Shown here: piece after piece, positions 1-10,309 of the stretch
Position numbering within the stretch: the first letter of the stretch is position 1
How the letters are laid out: every line of letters begins with the position of its first letter
Source of the DNA: an uncultured Bacillota bacterium
GTDB taxonomy: Bacteria > Sysuimicrobiota > Sysuimicrobiia > Sysuimicrobiales > Segetimicrobiaceae
DNA length: 64,000 nt
Direction of reading: 5' to 3'
NCBI GenBank assembly: GCA_963804645.1
Contig: CAWDRG010000009.1
Span: forward strand, 576,001 to 640,000
Made by a program: the position numbers and the translations under genes
Notes under the pieces: model-generated
The model's database searches: none
Seen by the model: the letters and a program-made list of their open reading frames with translations, nothing else
Told to the model about the DNA's origin: nothing

Positions 1-321
1 GGCGCGCCGACGAACCCAAACAGCCGCTATTACGGATTCGCGGTCGAGATGTACACGCGGCCGGACGGTATCGCGGTGGCCTATCTCCAACGCCGCATCA
101 TCCCGCAGCCCACGATCTACACGTCGCTGATGAGCTACGCGGTCGTCGACGGCGACCGCATCGACAACCTGGCGGCCAAATATCTCGGCGACCCGGAGCT
201 TTACTGGATGATCTGCGACGCGAACGGCGTCACCGATCCCGACTCGCTCACGGCGCAGGTCGGCCGCACCATCCAGATTCCGATCGCCTCGGGCGTTCCC
301 GCGAACGCGCGCAATGGCTAG
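1..321 (+). CDS. eCIS LysM-domain protein (tube initiator/Afp7-like), 5' end probably outside the window
   Basis: Frame is open from base 1 (GAPTNPNSRYY...). LysM-like motif 'YAVVDGDRIDNLAAKYLGDPELYWMICDAN...GRTIQIP'. Lies directly upstream of baseplate genes. Confidence 0.85.
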   Translation, partial: GAPTNPNSRYYGFAVEMYTRPDGIAVAYLQRRIIPQPTIYTSLMSYAVVDGDRIDNLAAKYLGDPELYWMICDANGVTDPDSLTAQVGRTIQIPIASGVPANARNG

Positions 322-1450
322 CGGATTATACCTCACGCTCCTGATGGGCCCGGTCGAAGCGGTGCCGGTGCCCAAGCCGCTCATCGACGCCCTGACGTCG
401 GTGGAAGTGACGGTGTCGGCGACCAGCCGCACCGGCTTTCAACTGGCGTTCACGCTCGCGAACGACTCGCCGCTTCAGACGTTCTTCCTGCTGGCGTCGG
501 GCGCGCCCCTGCCGGTGTTCCGGGTGATTCTCGTGGTGACGTTCGGGGGGCTGCCCGAGACGATCATCGACGGGATCGTCCAGCACGTGGAGGTCACGCC
601 GAGCGCGATGGCGGGGTCGTCCACGATCACGGTCACGGGACAGGACCTGTCGGCCGTCATGGATCTGATCGATCTGTCCGGGCTGCCCTACCCCGGCATG
701 AGTCCGGATCTACGCGTGCTGACGATGCTTGGGAAGTACGCGGTGTTCGGCGTCATTCCCTCCGTGGTGCCGGCGATCGCGCCCGATATCCCGGTGCCCG
801 TCGACAAGATCCCGACGCAGAAGGGCACGGATTTCGCCTACATCCAACAGCTGGCGAAGGAGACCGGGTACGTCTTCTACGTGGAGCCGGGGCCGGTGCC
901 GGGGACGAGCCAGGCGTACTGGGGGCCGCTCGTCAAGATCGGGGTGCCGCAGCCCGCCCTCAACGTGAACATGGACGCGTGGACGAACGTCGAGAGCCTC
1001 AACTTTCGGTACGAGCCGCAGTCCGCGGTGCTGCCGATCGTGTTCATCCAGGATCAGACGACCAAAGTCGTGATCCCCCTGCCGATCCCGTCGTTCAACC
1101 CGCTCAACCCGCCGCTCGGCATGGTCGTGCCGACCCCGCAGAAGATCGAGGAGCTCAAAGACACGGCCAAGCTGTCGCCGGCGCAGGCGCTCATGATCGG
1201 CCTGGCGCGGGCGACCGAGACGGGCGACGTGGTCACCGGCGACGGGACGCTCGACGTGCTGCGGTACGGGCGGACGCTCAAGGCGCGCTCGCTCGTGGGG
1301 GTGCGCGGCGCGGGGCTCGCCTTCGACGGGCTCCACTACGTCGAGAGTACCACGCACAGGATCAAGCGCGGTGAGTACAAGCAGAGCTTCACGCTGAAGC
1401 GCAACGCGCTGATCTCGAACCTGCCGGTCGTGCCGACGATCGGGTTCTAG
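314..1450 (+). CDS. Phage late-control D / gp27-like baseplate hub of eCIS
   Basis: Motifs 'QKGTDFAYIQQLAKETGYVFYVEP' and 'GAGLAFDGLHYVESTTHRI...YKQSFTLKR' are typical of gpD/VgrG hub domains. Start overlaps the LysM gene end. Confidence 0.8.
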   Translation: MASGLYLTLLMGPVEAVPVPKPLIDALTSVEVTVSATSRTGFQLAFTLANDSPLQTFFLLASGAPLPVFRVILVVTFGGLPETIIDGIVQHVEVTPSAMAGSSTITVTGQDLSAVMDLIDLSGLPYPGMSPDLRVLTMLGKYAVFGVIPSVVPAIAPDIPVPVDKIPTQKGTDFAYIQQLAKETGYVFYVEPGPVPGTSQAYWGPLVKIGVPQPALNVNMDAWTNVESLNFRYEPQSAVLPIVFIQDQTTKVVIPLPIPSFNPLNPPLGMVVPTPQKIEELKDTAKLSPAQALMIGLARATETGDVVTGDGTLDVLRYGRTLKARSLVGVRGAGLAFDGLHYVESTTHRIKRGEYKQSFTLKRNALISNLPVVPTIGF

Positions 1451-1465
1451 TCGAGAGGGAGGCCG

Positions 1466-1975
1466 ATGGCGGACAAACTGTTCGGCAAGTATCGCGGGAT
1501 CGTGATCAACAACATCGATCCGATGCAGATCGGCCGTCTGATGGTGCAGGTGCCGGACGCCTCCAACATCCTGCCGTCGACCTGGGCGATGCCCTGCGTG
1601 CCGTTTGCGGGAACCCAGTCGGGGATGTTCGCCGTCCCGCCGATCGGGTCGGGGGTGTGGATCGAGTTCGAGCAGGGGAACACCGATTACCCGATTTGGA
1701 CGGGATGCTTCTGGGGCTCGGCCGCGGACCCGCCGGCGCTCGCGCTCGCGGGAGTCCCCGGCCTCCAGCAGATCGTGATCCAGTCGGTCGGGCAGAACAC
1801 GCTGATGCTGAGCGATACACCGGGGCCCACCGGGGGCATCCTGCTGAAGTCGACGTCGGGGGCGATGATCGCGATCAACGAGATCGGGATTACGATCAGC
1901 AACGGCCAGGGCGCGACGATCGTCATGACCGGACCGAGCATTACGGTCAACGAGGGCGCGCTCGAGATTGTCTGA
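1466..1975 (+). CDS. Baseplate assembly protein V / gp5-like spike (OB-fold plus short beta-helix)
   Basis: 'GKYRGIVINNIDPMQIGRLMVQVP...WAMPCVP...VPPIGSGVWIEFEQGNTDYPIWTGCFW'. RBS GGAGG upstream. Confidence 0.9.
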   Translation: MADKLFGKYRGIVINNIDPMQIGRLMVQVPDASNILPSTWAMPCVPFAGTQSGMFAVPPIGSGVWIEFEQGNTDYPIWTGCFWGSAADPPALALAGVPGLQQIVIQSVGQNTLMLSDTPGPTGGILLKSTSGAMIAINEIGITISNGQGATIVMTGPSITVNEGALEIV

Positions 1976-1993
1976 GCACGGGAGGAGACGACG

Positions 1994-2311
1994 GTGGCGG
2001 GGTTCTTGTTGCATCAGGGCGCGACGGTGATGTGCAGCCACGGCGGGCAGGCGATGGCGACCGTGCCCAACCCGCGCGTGCTCGTCAGCGGTCAGCCGAC
2101 CACACTGGTGACGGCGCCGTGGGTGGTCGCCGGATGCCCCCTCGTCCCGCCGCCGATCCCGCCGTGCGTGATGGGGCAGTGGGTCCTGGGCACCGTTCGC
2201 GTGACCTCGATGGGGCAGCCGCTTGTGGTCCAGAGCGGACAGGCGGTGTGTGTGCCGACCGGGACGCCGCTGATTCCGGTCGTATCGCAGATGCGCGTCA
2301 GCGCGGAGTGA
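1994..2311 (+). CDS. PAAR-like (DUF4280-type) spike-tip protein
   Basis: 'GATVMCSHGG...GCP...PC...W...RV...GQPLV...C' Cys/His pattern. Immediately follows the spike gene. Confidence 0.8.
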   Translation: MAGFLLHQGATVMCSHGGQAMATVPNPRVLVSGQPTTLVTAPWVVAGCPLVPPPIPPCVMGQWVLGTVRVTSMGQPLVVQSGQAVCVPTGTPLIPVVSQMRVSAE

Positions 2312-2315
2312 GGCC

Positions 2316-2684
2316 ATGAGCAGCCTGGCGTTTCCCTACGAGTTCGATACCACCGGGCGCACGGCGACGACCGATCTCGCGGACCACATCCGGGACATGG
2401 TCCTGCAGATCCTGCTCACGTCCCCGGGCGAGCGGGTGATGCGCCCGACATTCGGCAGCGGGACCGCGACGCTCGTGTTCGCGCCGAACAGCGACGCGCT
2501 GGCGGGCGCCCAGCAGCAGATCATTCAGGCGTCGCTCCAGCAGTGGCTGGCCGACCTGATCCGGGTGCAGTCGGTCACGGTCACTGCGCAGGACGCCACG
2601 CTGTTGATCACGGTCGTCTACACGATCATTCAGACGCAGCAGCAGCAGACCGAGCAGTTCGTCTACGGCGGAGCCAACACGTGA
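2316..2684 (+). CDS. GPW/gp25 family baseplate wedge protein
   Basis: 'HIRDMVLQILLTSPGERVMRPTFGSG' gp25 signature. Confidence 0.92.
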   Translation: MSSLAFPYEFDTTGRTATTDLADHIRDMVLQILLTSPGERVMRPTFGSGTATLVFAPNSDALAGAQQQIIQASLQQWLADLIRVQSVTVTAQDATLLITVVYTIIQTQQQQTEQFVYGGANT

Positions 2685-5134
2685 TTTACTTCTGCGCCCA
2701 GAAGAACCGCAGCGCCCTGGTGCTCCAGCACCAGGGTCTCAACGGGATCGACTATCTCGAGGTCTCCGATCAGGACGGCCCGAACGGCTGCGGCACGCGC
2801 CTCGTGCTCACCATGCTCAAGGACGCCCGCGCGCTGGGGCTGACCCCCTCGCAGGTGCTCGTCAGCGGTGGAGAGCCGGTCGTCGCGATGACGGTCCTGG
2901 ACGTCCTGGCGCCGACGCCGGACACGCCGCGCGCGGTGACGGTGGATCTCGCGGAGACTGGCGACTTTGCCCCCTATGTCCTGCGCCTCGTCGCGACCCC
3001 GGAGACCGACGACCCGCCGGATGGGATCGATCCGGCGCTTGCGGCGGTCAGCTTCTCGTTCAAAGCCGGCTGTCCGACGGTCGGTGACTGTCTGCCGGAC
3101 ACGTGCTGCCCGGCGGCGGTGACCCCCGAGCCCGATCTCAACTACCTGGCGAAGGACTATGACGGCTTCCGGCAGGTCATGCTCGATCGCATGGCCGTGC
3201 TCACTCCATGGACCGAGACGCATCCGTCCGACCTGGGGATCGCGCTCGTAGAGATCCTCGCGTACGCGGCCGATCACCTCAGCTACCAGCAGGACGCGGC
3301 AGCCACGGAGGCCTACCTCGGCACTGCGCGCAGCCGGATCTCCCTGCGCCGGCACGTCAAGCTCGTCGACTACCGGGTCGGCGAGGGCAACAACGCGCGG
3401 GCCTGGGTGTACGTCCGGGCCGCCGCGGGCGGCGTGCTGCTGCCGGCCGGCACCCAGCTCTACACGCGGGTACCCGGGCTGCCGGTGACGGTCGCGCCCG
3501 GGACCGTGCTGGCGCGCACCCTGACGTATGGGAGCGCCGCAGGCTTCGCGACGATGCAGGACCTGTGGCTGTACCCCGAGCAGAACGAGATGGACTTCTA
3601 TACCTGGAGCGACGTGAACTGCTGCCTCGTGCCGGGCGCGACGGAAGCGACCCTCGTGGGCACGCTGACCAGCCTCGCCCCCGGAACGGTGCTGATCTTC
3701 GAAGAGGTCATCGGCCCCGAGACGGGCGATCCCGCGGACGCGGATCCCGCGAAGCGGTGGGCGGTGCGGCTCACCTCGGCGCGGTGCACGGACTACAAGA
3801 ATCGCGTGCTGGTCGACCCCCTGACCGGCGCGGCGGTGACCCGCATCGCGTGGGCCGCGGCGGATGCGCTGCCGTTTCCGCTGTGCTTGTCCTCGACGAC
3901 GACGCCCGGTGGGAAGGCGGTGGGCGGGGTCAGCGTCGCACGCGGGAACGTGGTGCCGGCGGACCACGGGATCTGGCAGGATCCGGAAGACCTCGGCGAG
4001 GTGCCGCCGGCGCCTCCGGCCCCGGTGCTCGAGACGAGCTGCGCGTGCGGCACGCAGGGGCTCGTCTCGACGCCCCAGCCGCGCTACTACCCGCAGCTGG
4101 CGCAGAGCCCGCTTACGTTCGCGCGTGCGCTCGACGCGTCGGCCGCGGCCTCAGCGTTTCTCACGGACACGTCGCAGCCCGCCCCGCAGCTTTCGGTCCA
4201 GGACGACCAGGGGCAGGCGTGGGCCGTCCTTGCGGACCTCCTGTCGAGCGACGGCCTCGCGCGTGTCTGCGTCGTCGAGATCGAGCGCGACGGCACCGCG
4301 TTCATCCGGTTCGGCGACGGCCAGTACGGTGCCGCGCCCGAGACGGGCGCAAGCTTCCAGACGACGTACCGGGTCGGCAACGGCACGGCCGGCAACGTCG
4401 GGCGGGACACTCTGGCCCACGTCCTCACCGGGATCGCCGGCGTGGCCGAGATCCGCAATCCCCTCGCCGCCTTCGGCGGCGTCGATCCGGAGACGATGGA
4501 GCACATCCGGCAGATCGCCCCGTCCGCGTTCCGGACGCAGTTGCGCGCGGTGACCGAGGACGACTACGGAACGCAGGCCGCGCTCGATCCGGCGATCCGC
4601 GAGGCGCGCGGCACGCTGCGGTGGACCGGCAGCTGGTACACCGCGTTCGTGTCGCTCGACGCCGCGGCCGGCGACACGCCCACCGCCGCGCTCGTCGCGG
4701 CGACCACCACGCGGCTCAACCTGCTGCGCATGGCCGGCGTGGACCTCCAGGTGGAGGGCGCGGTCATCGTCGGGCTCCGGATCGAGATGGCGATCTGCGT
4801 GGACCCGGACCAGTTCCAGGGCGACGTCGAGGCGGCGCTGCTGCGTCTCTTCACCACCGGCGACCTCTGCGATGGCACGCGCGGGGTGCTCAACGCCGAC
4901 AACTTCACGTTCGGAGAGACGATCTACACGAGCCCGCTCATCGCCGCGGCGCAGGGCGTCGAGGGCGTCACGTCGGCGGTGATGACCGTGTTCCAGCGGA
5001 TGGACGATCCGTCGATCGACGGGGCGGCGGCCGGATACCTGACGATGGGGCGCCTCGAGCTGGCGCGCTGCGACAACGACCCGAGCCGGCTCGACCACGG
5101 GGTGTTCGTGCTCCACATGGACGGTGGCAAATGA
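2681..5134 (+). CDS. Baseplate J-like assembly protein 1 (Afp11-like)
   Basis: GTG at 2681 overlaps the gp25 stop (GTGA). Motifs 'NYLAKDYDGFRQVMLDR', 'LVEILAYAADHLSYQQDA...EAYLGTAR', 'IRFGDGQYG', 'YRVGNG..GNV', 'RAVTEDDY'. Confidence 0.9.
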   Translation: MIYFCAQKNRSALVLQHQGLNGIDYLEVSDQDGPNGCGTRLVLTMLKDARALGLTPSQVLVSGGEPVVAMTVLDVLAPTPDTPRAVTVDLAETGDFAPYVLRLVATPETDDPPDGIDPALAAVSFSFKAGCPTVGDCLPDTCCPAAVTPEPDLNYLAKDYDGFRQVMLDRMAVLTPWTETHPSDLGIALVEILAYAADHLSYQQDAAATEAYLGTARSRISLRRHVKLVDYRVGEGNNARAWVYVRAAAGGVLLPAGTQLYTRVPGLPVTVAPGTVLARTLTYGSAAGFATMQDLWLYPEQNEMDFYTWSDVNCCLVPGATEATLVGTLTSLAPGTVLIFEEVIGPETGDPADADPAKRWAVRLTSARCTDYKNRVLVDPLTGAAVTRIAWAAADALPFPLCLSSTTTPGGKAVGGVSVARGNVVPADHGIWQDPEDLGEVPPAPPAPVLETSCACGTQGLVSTPQPRYYPQLAQSPLTFARALDASAAASAFLTDTSQPAPQLSVQDDQGQAWAVLADLLSSDGLARVCVVEIERDGTAFIRFGDGQYGAAPETGASFQTTYRVGNGTAGNVGRDTLAHVLTGIAGVAEIRNPLAAFGGVDPETMEHIRQIAPSAFRTQLRAVTEDDYGTQAALDPAIREARGTLRWTGSWYTAFVSLDAAAGDTPTAALVAATTTRLNLLRMAGVDLQVEGAVIVGLRIEMAICVDPDQFQGDVEAALLRLFTTGDLCDGTRGVLNADNFTFGETIYTSPLIAAAQGVEGVTSAVMTVFQRMDDPSIDGAAAGYLTMGRLELARCDNDPSRLDHGVFVLHMDGGK

Positions 5135-7980
5135 ACGGGTCCTGCGAAAGTCCCGAACCGCAGCTGTGCGGGTGCTGCGTCGGCGTCGGACCGGAGACGC
5201 CCGAGCCCATCGGGAACCGGCCCGGTCTGTCGGCGATCGCCTACCGGGTCGGCACCCACAACGCGTTCAAGGCGAGCATGCTGGCGGCGCTGTCGGATCC
5301 CTCGCTCCCCGCGCTCGCCGCGCTGCGCACACGCGACGACTCGGACTTTTCGATCGCGCTCCTCGACGCGTGGGCGAGCGCCGCGGACATCCTGACGTTC
5401 TACCAGGAGCGCCTGGCCAACGAGGCGTACCTGCGCACCGCGGTCGAACAGCGGTCGGTGATCGAGCTCGCCCGGCTGGTCGGGTATCGACCGTCGCCCG
5501 GCGTCGCCGCGTCCGCGTTCCTGGCCTTTACGCTCAGCTCGGCTCCCGGCGCGCCCGCGAGCGTCCTGATCGAGGCGGGCAGCCGCGTGCAGAGCGTGCC
5601 CGGGCCCGGGCAGACCCCGCAGGTGTTCGAGACGATGAGCGACGTCACCGCCCTGGCCAGCGCGAACGCGATCGCGGCGCAGCGGACCGTGCCGTGGGGA
5701 GTCAACCCCGGCGACACGTCGATGTGGATCACCGGCACGGCGAACCAGATCAACGTGGGCGACCTGCTCCTGTTCATCGGCAGCGGGTTTCAGACGTCCG
5801 ATCCTGTGAACTCCGGCCAGTGGGACTACCACGTGGTCACCGCGGCGACCACCGACCCGGTATCCCAGAATACGTACGTCGTCTGGGACTCCGGACTCGC
5901 GGGCTGGTTCCCGGCGAACGACGCCAGCGTGCAGGTCTACGTCTTCCGCAAGAAGGCGGCGCTCTACGGGGTGCAGGCGCCGGACCCGCGGACGCTGTCC
6001 TCGACCAGCGCGGCGAACGTGCCGGGCTACGTGAGCGCCAGCAGTGACTGGGGGTACACGTACGCGGGCAACTCGCAGGTGAGCCTCGACGCCTCGTATC
6101 CCGGCATCTCGCCCGCCCAGGGCGGTACGCCCCAATGGGCGGTATTCACCACGCCCTACTGGGTGTACGGCCCGCTCGCCGCCCAAGGCTACGCGCCGTT
6201 CCAGGTGCTGTCCGCGGGGGACGCATCGACGCCAATGTATACGCTCACGTCCAAGACGACGCAGCTCACGCTCGCGAACGAGCCATGGCTGGACAGCAGC
6301 GGCAACCTGTTCGTGACCGGCGACGACATTCTCAGTTACCTTGTCGCGGTCACCCGCAGCGTGACGGCCTACGTGCAGAGCGACCCACTTCAGCCCGCCG
6401 ATCCGCCGTACCTGCCGTGGGCGTACGACGGCACGTACGCGCGTCAGACCGGCGTGCTGCGGCCGGTGGAGGGCTCGAACCTCGAGATCGTTGGCGGGCA
6501 GCAGATCGCGGTCGGCCAGCCGGTCGCGGTTGCCGGCCAGCGTCTGCGACTCCAGGTCACCACCGGCGCCCAGGCTCTGTTCGTGCCCGCCGGCGCGTCG
6601 GGGAGCCTCGGGGTCACCGACGGCGACGCGTTCCTGGTCGACGCCTTTCCTCCCGGACCGAGCGGCTCCACGATCGTGGGCGCGCAGGAATGGCAGGCGA
6701 TCACCACGAGCGGCGTCGCCGGGGCGCTGCACGTCGCTCCCGGGAACCTCGTGCTGCTGCCCGCGGTCCAGAGCGACGCATTCACCGGCGAGGCGGCGGC
6801 CGTGAGCGCGGTGGCGGTCGCGGGACCGATTACGACGCTCAGCTTCGACCAGCCGCTCGCGCGGCTCTACGATCGGGCGACGGTGACCGTGAACGCGAAC
6901 GCGGTTGCGGCGAACGACGGCGAGACGGTGCAGGAGATCCTCGGCAGCGGCGACGCGACGAACCCCGCACTCTCGTTTACGCTGAAGCAGTCGCCGCTCA
7001 CCTTCACGAGCGCCCCGAACGGGACGGGCGCGCTGTCGACGCTCGAGGTCTGGGTCAACAACCTCCTGTGGCACGAGGTGGATGACTTCCTCGCCTCAGG
7101 CCCCACCGACCGCGTGTTCGTGACGCGGACGGACGACGCGGGCGCGGTGACCGTCCAGTTCGGCGACGGGATCCAGGGCGCGCGCACGCCGACCGGGCAG
7201 ATGAACATTCGCGCCACCTACCGCAAGGGCATCGGCGCCGCGGGAAACGTCGCGGCCGGTCAGCTGTCGCAGCCGCTGGACCGTCCGCAGGGGCTCATGA
7301 GCGTCGTGAACCCGAGCGCCGGCACCGGCGGCGCGGATCCCGATTCGGCGGATGATGCGAGGCAGAGCGCCCCGCTGCACGTGCTCACGCTCGACCGCGT
7401 GGTCTCGCTGCTCGACTACCAGAACTTTGCCCAGGCGTTCGCCGGGATCGCCAAGGCGCTCGCGACGTGGAGTTGGGTCGGCCGCAGCCGCGGGGTGTTT
7501 CTGACGGTCGCCGGCGCGGAGGGCGCGGTGTTCCAATCCGGAGATCCCACGCTCGTGTATTTGGTCCAGGCGCTGCGCGACTCGGGCAATCCCTACGTGC
7601 CGATCACAGTGATGTCGTACGTCCCGGTGCTCTTTGAGGCCGGCGCCGCCGTGCGCATCGACACGACCGACTACGACCCGACGCAGGTGCTCGCGAGCGT
7701 CTGGCAGGCGCTCGCGCAGGCGTTCGCGTTCGACCAGCGCGCTCTCGGCGAGGGCGTCGCGCAGAGCGAGGTGGTGGCGCTGATCCAGGCGGTGCCGGGT
7801 GTGATCGCCGTCGAGATGACGGCGTTTGGGCTATCGGGCCAGGCGCCGCCGGCGTCCGGTGTGCTGCCCGCGGTTCTCCAGGCGGCGTCCCCGGTCAGCG
7901 GTATCAACACCACGCCCCAGGCGGCGCAGCTGCTGCTCCTGGATCCTGCCTCCCAGGGCAATCTCACGGTGTGGTCATGA
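5131..7980 (+). CDS. Baseplate J-like assembly protein 2
   Basis: ATG at 5131 overlaps the previous stop (ATGA). Motifs 'DFSIALLDAWA..ADILTFYQERLANEAYLRTA', 'VQFGDGIQGARTPTG', 'LDRVVSLLDY'. The ORF-track extension from 3208 is an off-frame shadow of the upstream gene. Confidence 0.9.
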   Translation: MNGSCESPEPQLCGCCVGVGPETPEPIGNRPGLSAIAYRVGTHNAFKASMLAALSDPSLPALAALRTRDDSDFSIALLDAWASAADILTFYQERLANEAYLRTAVEQRSVIELARLVGYRPSPGVAASAFLAFTLSSAPGAPASVLIEAGSRVQSVPGPGQTPQVFETMSDVTALASANAIAAQRTVPWGVNPGDTSMWITGTANQINVGDLLLFIGSGFQTSDPVNSGQWDYHVVTAATTDPVSQNTYVVWDSGLAGWFPANDASVQVYVFRKKAALYGVQAPDPRTLSSTSAANVPGYVSASSDWGYTYAGNSQVSLDASYPGISPAQGGTPQWAVFTTPYWVYGPLAAQGYAPFQVLSAGDASTPMYTLTSKTTQLTLANEPWLDSSGNLFVTGDDILSYLVAVTRSVTAYVQSDPLQPADPPYLPWAYDGTYARQTGVLRPVEGSNLEIVGGQQIAVGQPVAVAGQRLRLQVTTGAQALFVPAGASGSLGVTDGDAFLVDAFPPGPSGSTIVGAQEWQAITTSGVAGALHVAPGNLVLLPAVQSDAFTGEAAAVSAVAVAGPITTLSFDQPLARLYDRATVTVNANAVAANDGETVQEILGSGDATNPALSFTLKQSPLTFTSAPNGTGALSTLEVWVNNLLWHEVDDFLASGPTDRVFVTRTDDAGAVTVQFGDGIQGARTPTGQMNIRATYRKGIGAAGNVAAGQLSQPLDRPQGLMSVVNPSAGTGGADPDSADDARQSAPLHVLTLDRVVSLLDYQNFAQAFAGIAKALATWSWVGRSRGVFLTVAGAEGAVFQSGDPTLVYLVQALRDSGNPYVPITVMSYVPVLFEAGAAVRIDTTDYDPTQVLASVWQALAQAFAFDQRALGEGVAQSEVVALIQAVPGVIAVEMTAFGLSGQAPPASGVLPAVLQAASPVSGINTTPQAAQLLLLDPASQGNLTVWS

Positions 7981-10257
7981 GCCTCGGCGCCGATCAGCTG
8001 TACGCGCTGCTCCCCGCGGTCTACCGCACGCGGGACGAGGAAGCGGGGTCCCCGCTGTACGCGCTGCTCTCCGTGATCGCCGAACAGGCGGCGGTGGTCC
8101 AAAACAACATCGAGCAGTTGTACGACGACGAGTTCATCGAGACGTGCGCGCCCTGGGTCGTCCCCTATATCGGGGACCTGGTCGGCGCGACGACCATCTA
8201 CGACATCACGGGGGTGTCGACCGGCAGGCGGGCCGAGGTCGCCAACACGATCGGGTACCGCCGCCGCAAGGGGACGGTCCTCGCGCTCGAGCAGATCGCG
8301 ATGGACGTGTCCGGCATGCCGGCGGCCGCGATCGAGTACTTCAAGCGGGTGATCACCACCGAGAGCATGCGGCACGTCCGGCCGCACCACGCCGCGACCC
8401 CGGACCTCAGGCGCGGCGGTGCGCCTCGAACGGCTCGAGAGTGCGTTCGACCTGGTGAACCGCACGGTCGCCGTCCGGCGGATCGCGCCCCGCGTGCTGC
8501 CGACCGCGGATCCCGACCCGACCGCGCTCGCGCTCCATCTGCACGGCGGCGGCCGTTACAATATCCCGGATGTCGGCGTCTACCTGTGGCGGTGGGAGAG
8601 CCTGCCCGTCGCAAACGCCCCGGCATTCCGGGTGGACGGACGGCGGTACATGTTCAGCCCGCTCGGGCAGGACATGCCGTTGTTCAACCAACTGCCGCCC
8701 CGCGACTCGTTCGCCCGGCTGACGACCCGGCTCGACGTCCCGCAGCCGATCCTCAGGCGCGAGTTCGCGCGGCGGCGCGAGGAGTTTTACGGTGAGAGCG
8801 CGAGCATTCAGCTCTACGCGGACGGGCAGGTCGTCCCGGTCTCGCAGATCTGCTGCCGCGATCTTTCGGATGGGCCGGCGGGGACGTGGGGCTGCACCGC
8901 GAGCGGGAAGATCGCGATCGACCCCCTGCTCGGGCGGATTCAGCTCGCCGCCGACGTCCCGGTGCCGGTGGACCTGCGCCTGAGCTACAGCTACGGGTTC
9001 CCGGCCGAGATCGGAGGCGGCCCGTACGACCGGTCGGCGAGCCTGTCGATTCCCGATCCGCTGGACCGGACGCTGACCGCCGTCGTCGGCACCCCGGGCA
9101 GCCCGACGGTCGAGGATGCGGTGGCGCAGTGGAACGCGCTGCCGCCGGGGTCGACCGGTCTGATCGTGCTGCCGAACTTCGAATCGTACGACGTCGACCT
9201 CACCGGGTCGGCTGCGATCTCGCTGCCGTCCGGCAGCCAGCTCTGGGTCGCCGCCGCGCAGGTGCACGCGGCGGGCGCCCCACCGAGCTACGACAGCGCG
9301 TGCGTCACGCTCCGCGGCGACATCCACGTGAGCGGCGTGCAGCAGCCGGGCGGCGATTCCGGCGCGGTGCCTGTTGCCGGCCAGTTGGTCGTGAGCGGCC
9401 TGTGGATCTCGGGGGCGGTCACGATCCTGGGCGACCCGGCGAATGTGCAGTTCCTGGACTGCACCCTCGTCCCCGGTCTCGCGCTGACCCGAGACGGCAA
9501 ACCGCAACTGCCGGGAGAGCCGAGCATCGTGGCCGAGACGGTCGAGACAAGCGTGGGTCTGTCTCGGTGCGTCTCCGGTCCGATCGGTGCGGCGGTGGGA
9601 GGCGTCACGCGCATCTGCTCGAGTTTCGTCGACAGCTCGTCCTGGTGCGGTGTCGCCTACGCCGGTCCCGACCTCGCCTCCGAGGGCGCCGACCTGCACA
9701 TCGAGGACAGCACCGTGATTGGGAAGGCGCGGGTGCACACCATGGAGCTCGCCAGCAACACGATCTTTCTGTCCCACCGGCCGCGGCACGACCCGTGGGC
9801 CGCCGCCGTGTGGTGCAGTCGTCAGCAGGATGGGTGCATGCGGTTCTGCGTCGTGCCGTCCGACGCGATCACCCCGCGGCAGTACCGGTGCCTGCCGGGC
9901 GATCCGAGGCAGGAGGACGCGCTGCGGCCGACGTTCGTCACGCTGCGGTACGGCCATCCGTCGTACGGGCTGCTGAGCGGTGACGTGCCCTGGGCGATCT
10001 GGACCGGCGCCGACGACGGCGGGCAGATCGGCGGCTACCATCTGTTGAGCGAGACCCAGGCCGTTCGAAACGTCCAACTGCGGACCCAGGAGTATCTGCC
10101 GTTTGGGCTGGAGGCGGGCATCTTCCTGGAGCCCTCGCGGCCGGTCGTGCTCCTCCCGGTGCGCTACTACGGGTACGGCGTGCGGCCGGATCCGGACTTC
10201 TGCCGCGAGGATGAGGATGAGCTGCTGTTCGTGGGGATTGGCGCGAACTTGATTTGA
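7977..10257 (+). pseudogene. Phage tail protein I-like eCIS baseplate/tail protein, interrupted by a +1 frameshift at ~8424 (true lesion or sequencing error)
   Basis: N-part 'LYALLPAVYRTRD...IEQLYDDEFIETCAPWVVPYIGDLVG...VANTIGYRRRKGT..LEQ' (7977-8423) continues sensibly only in the +1 frame, 'LERLESAFDLVNRTVAVRR...' (8425-10257). Removing one C at 8424 gives a single 759-aa ORF. Confidence 0.8.
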
Positions 10258-10309
10258 CGCGCGGCGGTTCGGACGCCGAGGACCCGGCCGGGCCAAAGGA
10301 GACGTGCTT

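Noticed and set aside
3208..5130. N-terminal ~640 aa of the 1590-aa ORF 3208..7980
   Set aside because: Arg/Gly-rich off-frame shadow overlapping baseplate J1. The real gene starts at ATG 5131, overlapping the J1 stop.
8400..8430. Programmed ribosomal frameshift as in phage tail assembly chaperones
   Set aside because: The shift needed is +1, no X XXY YYZ slippery site is present, and the gene is not a tail chaperone.
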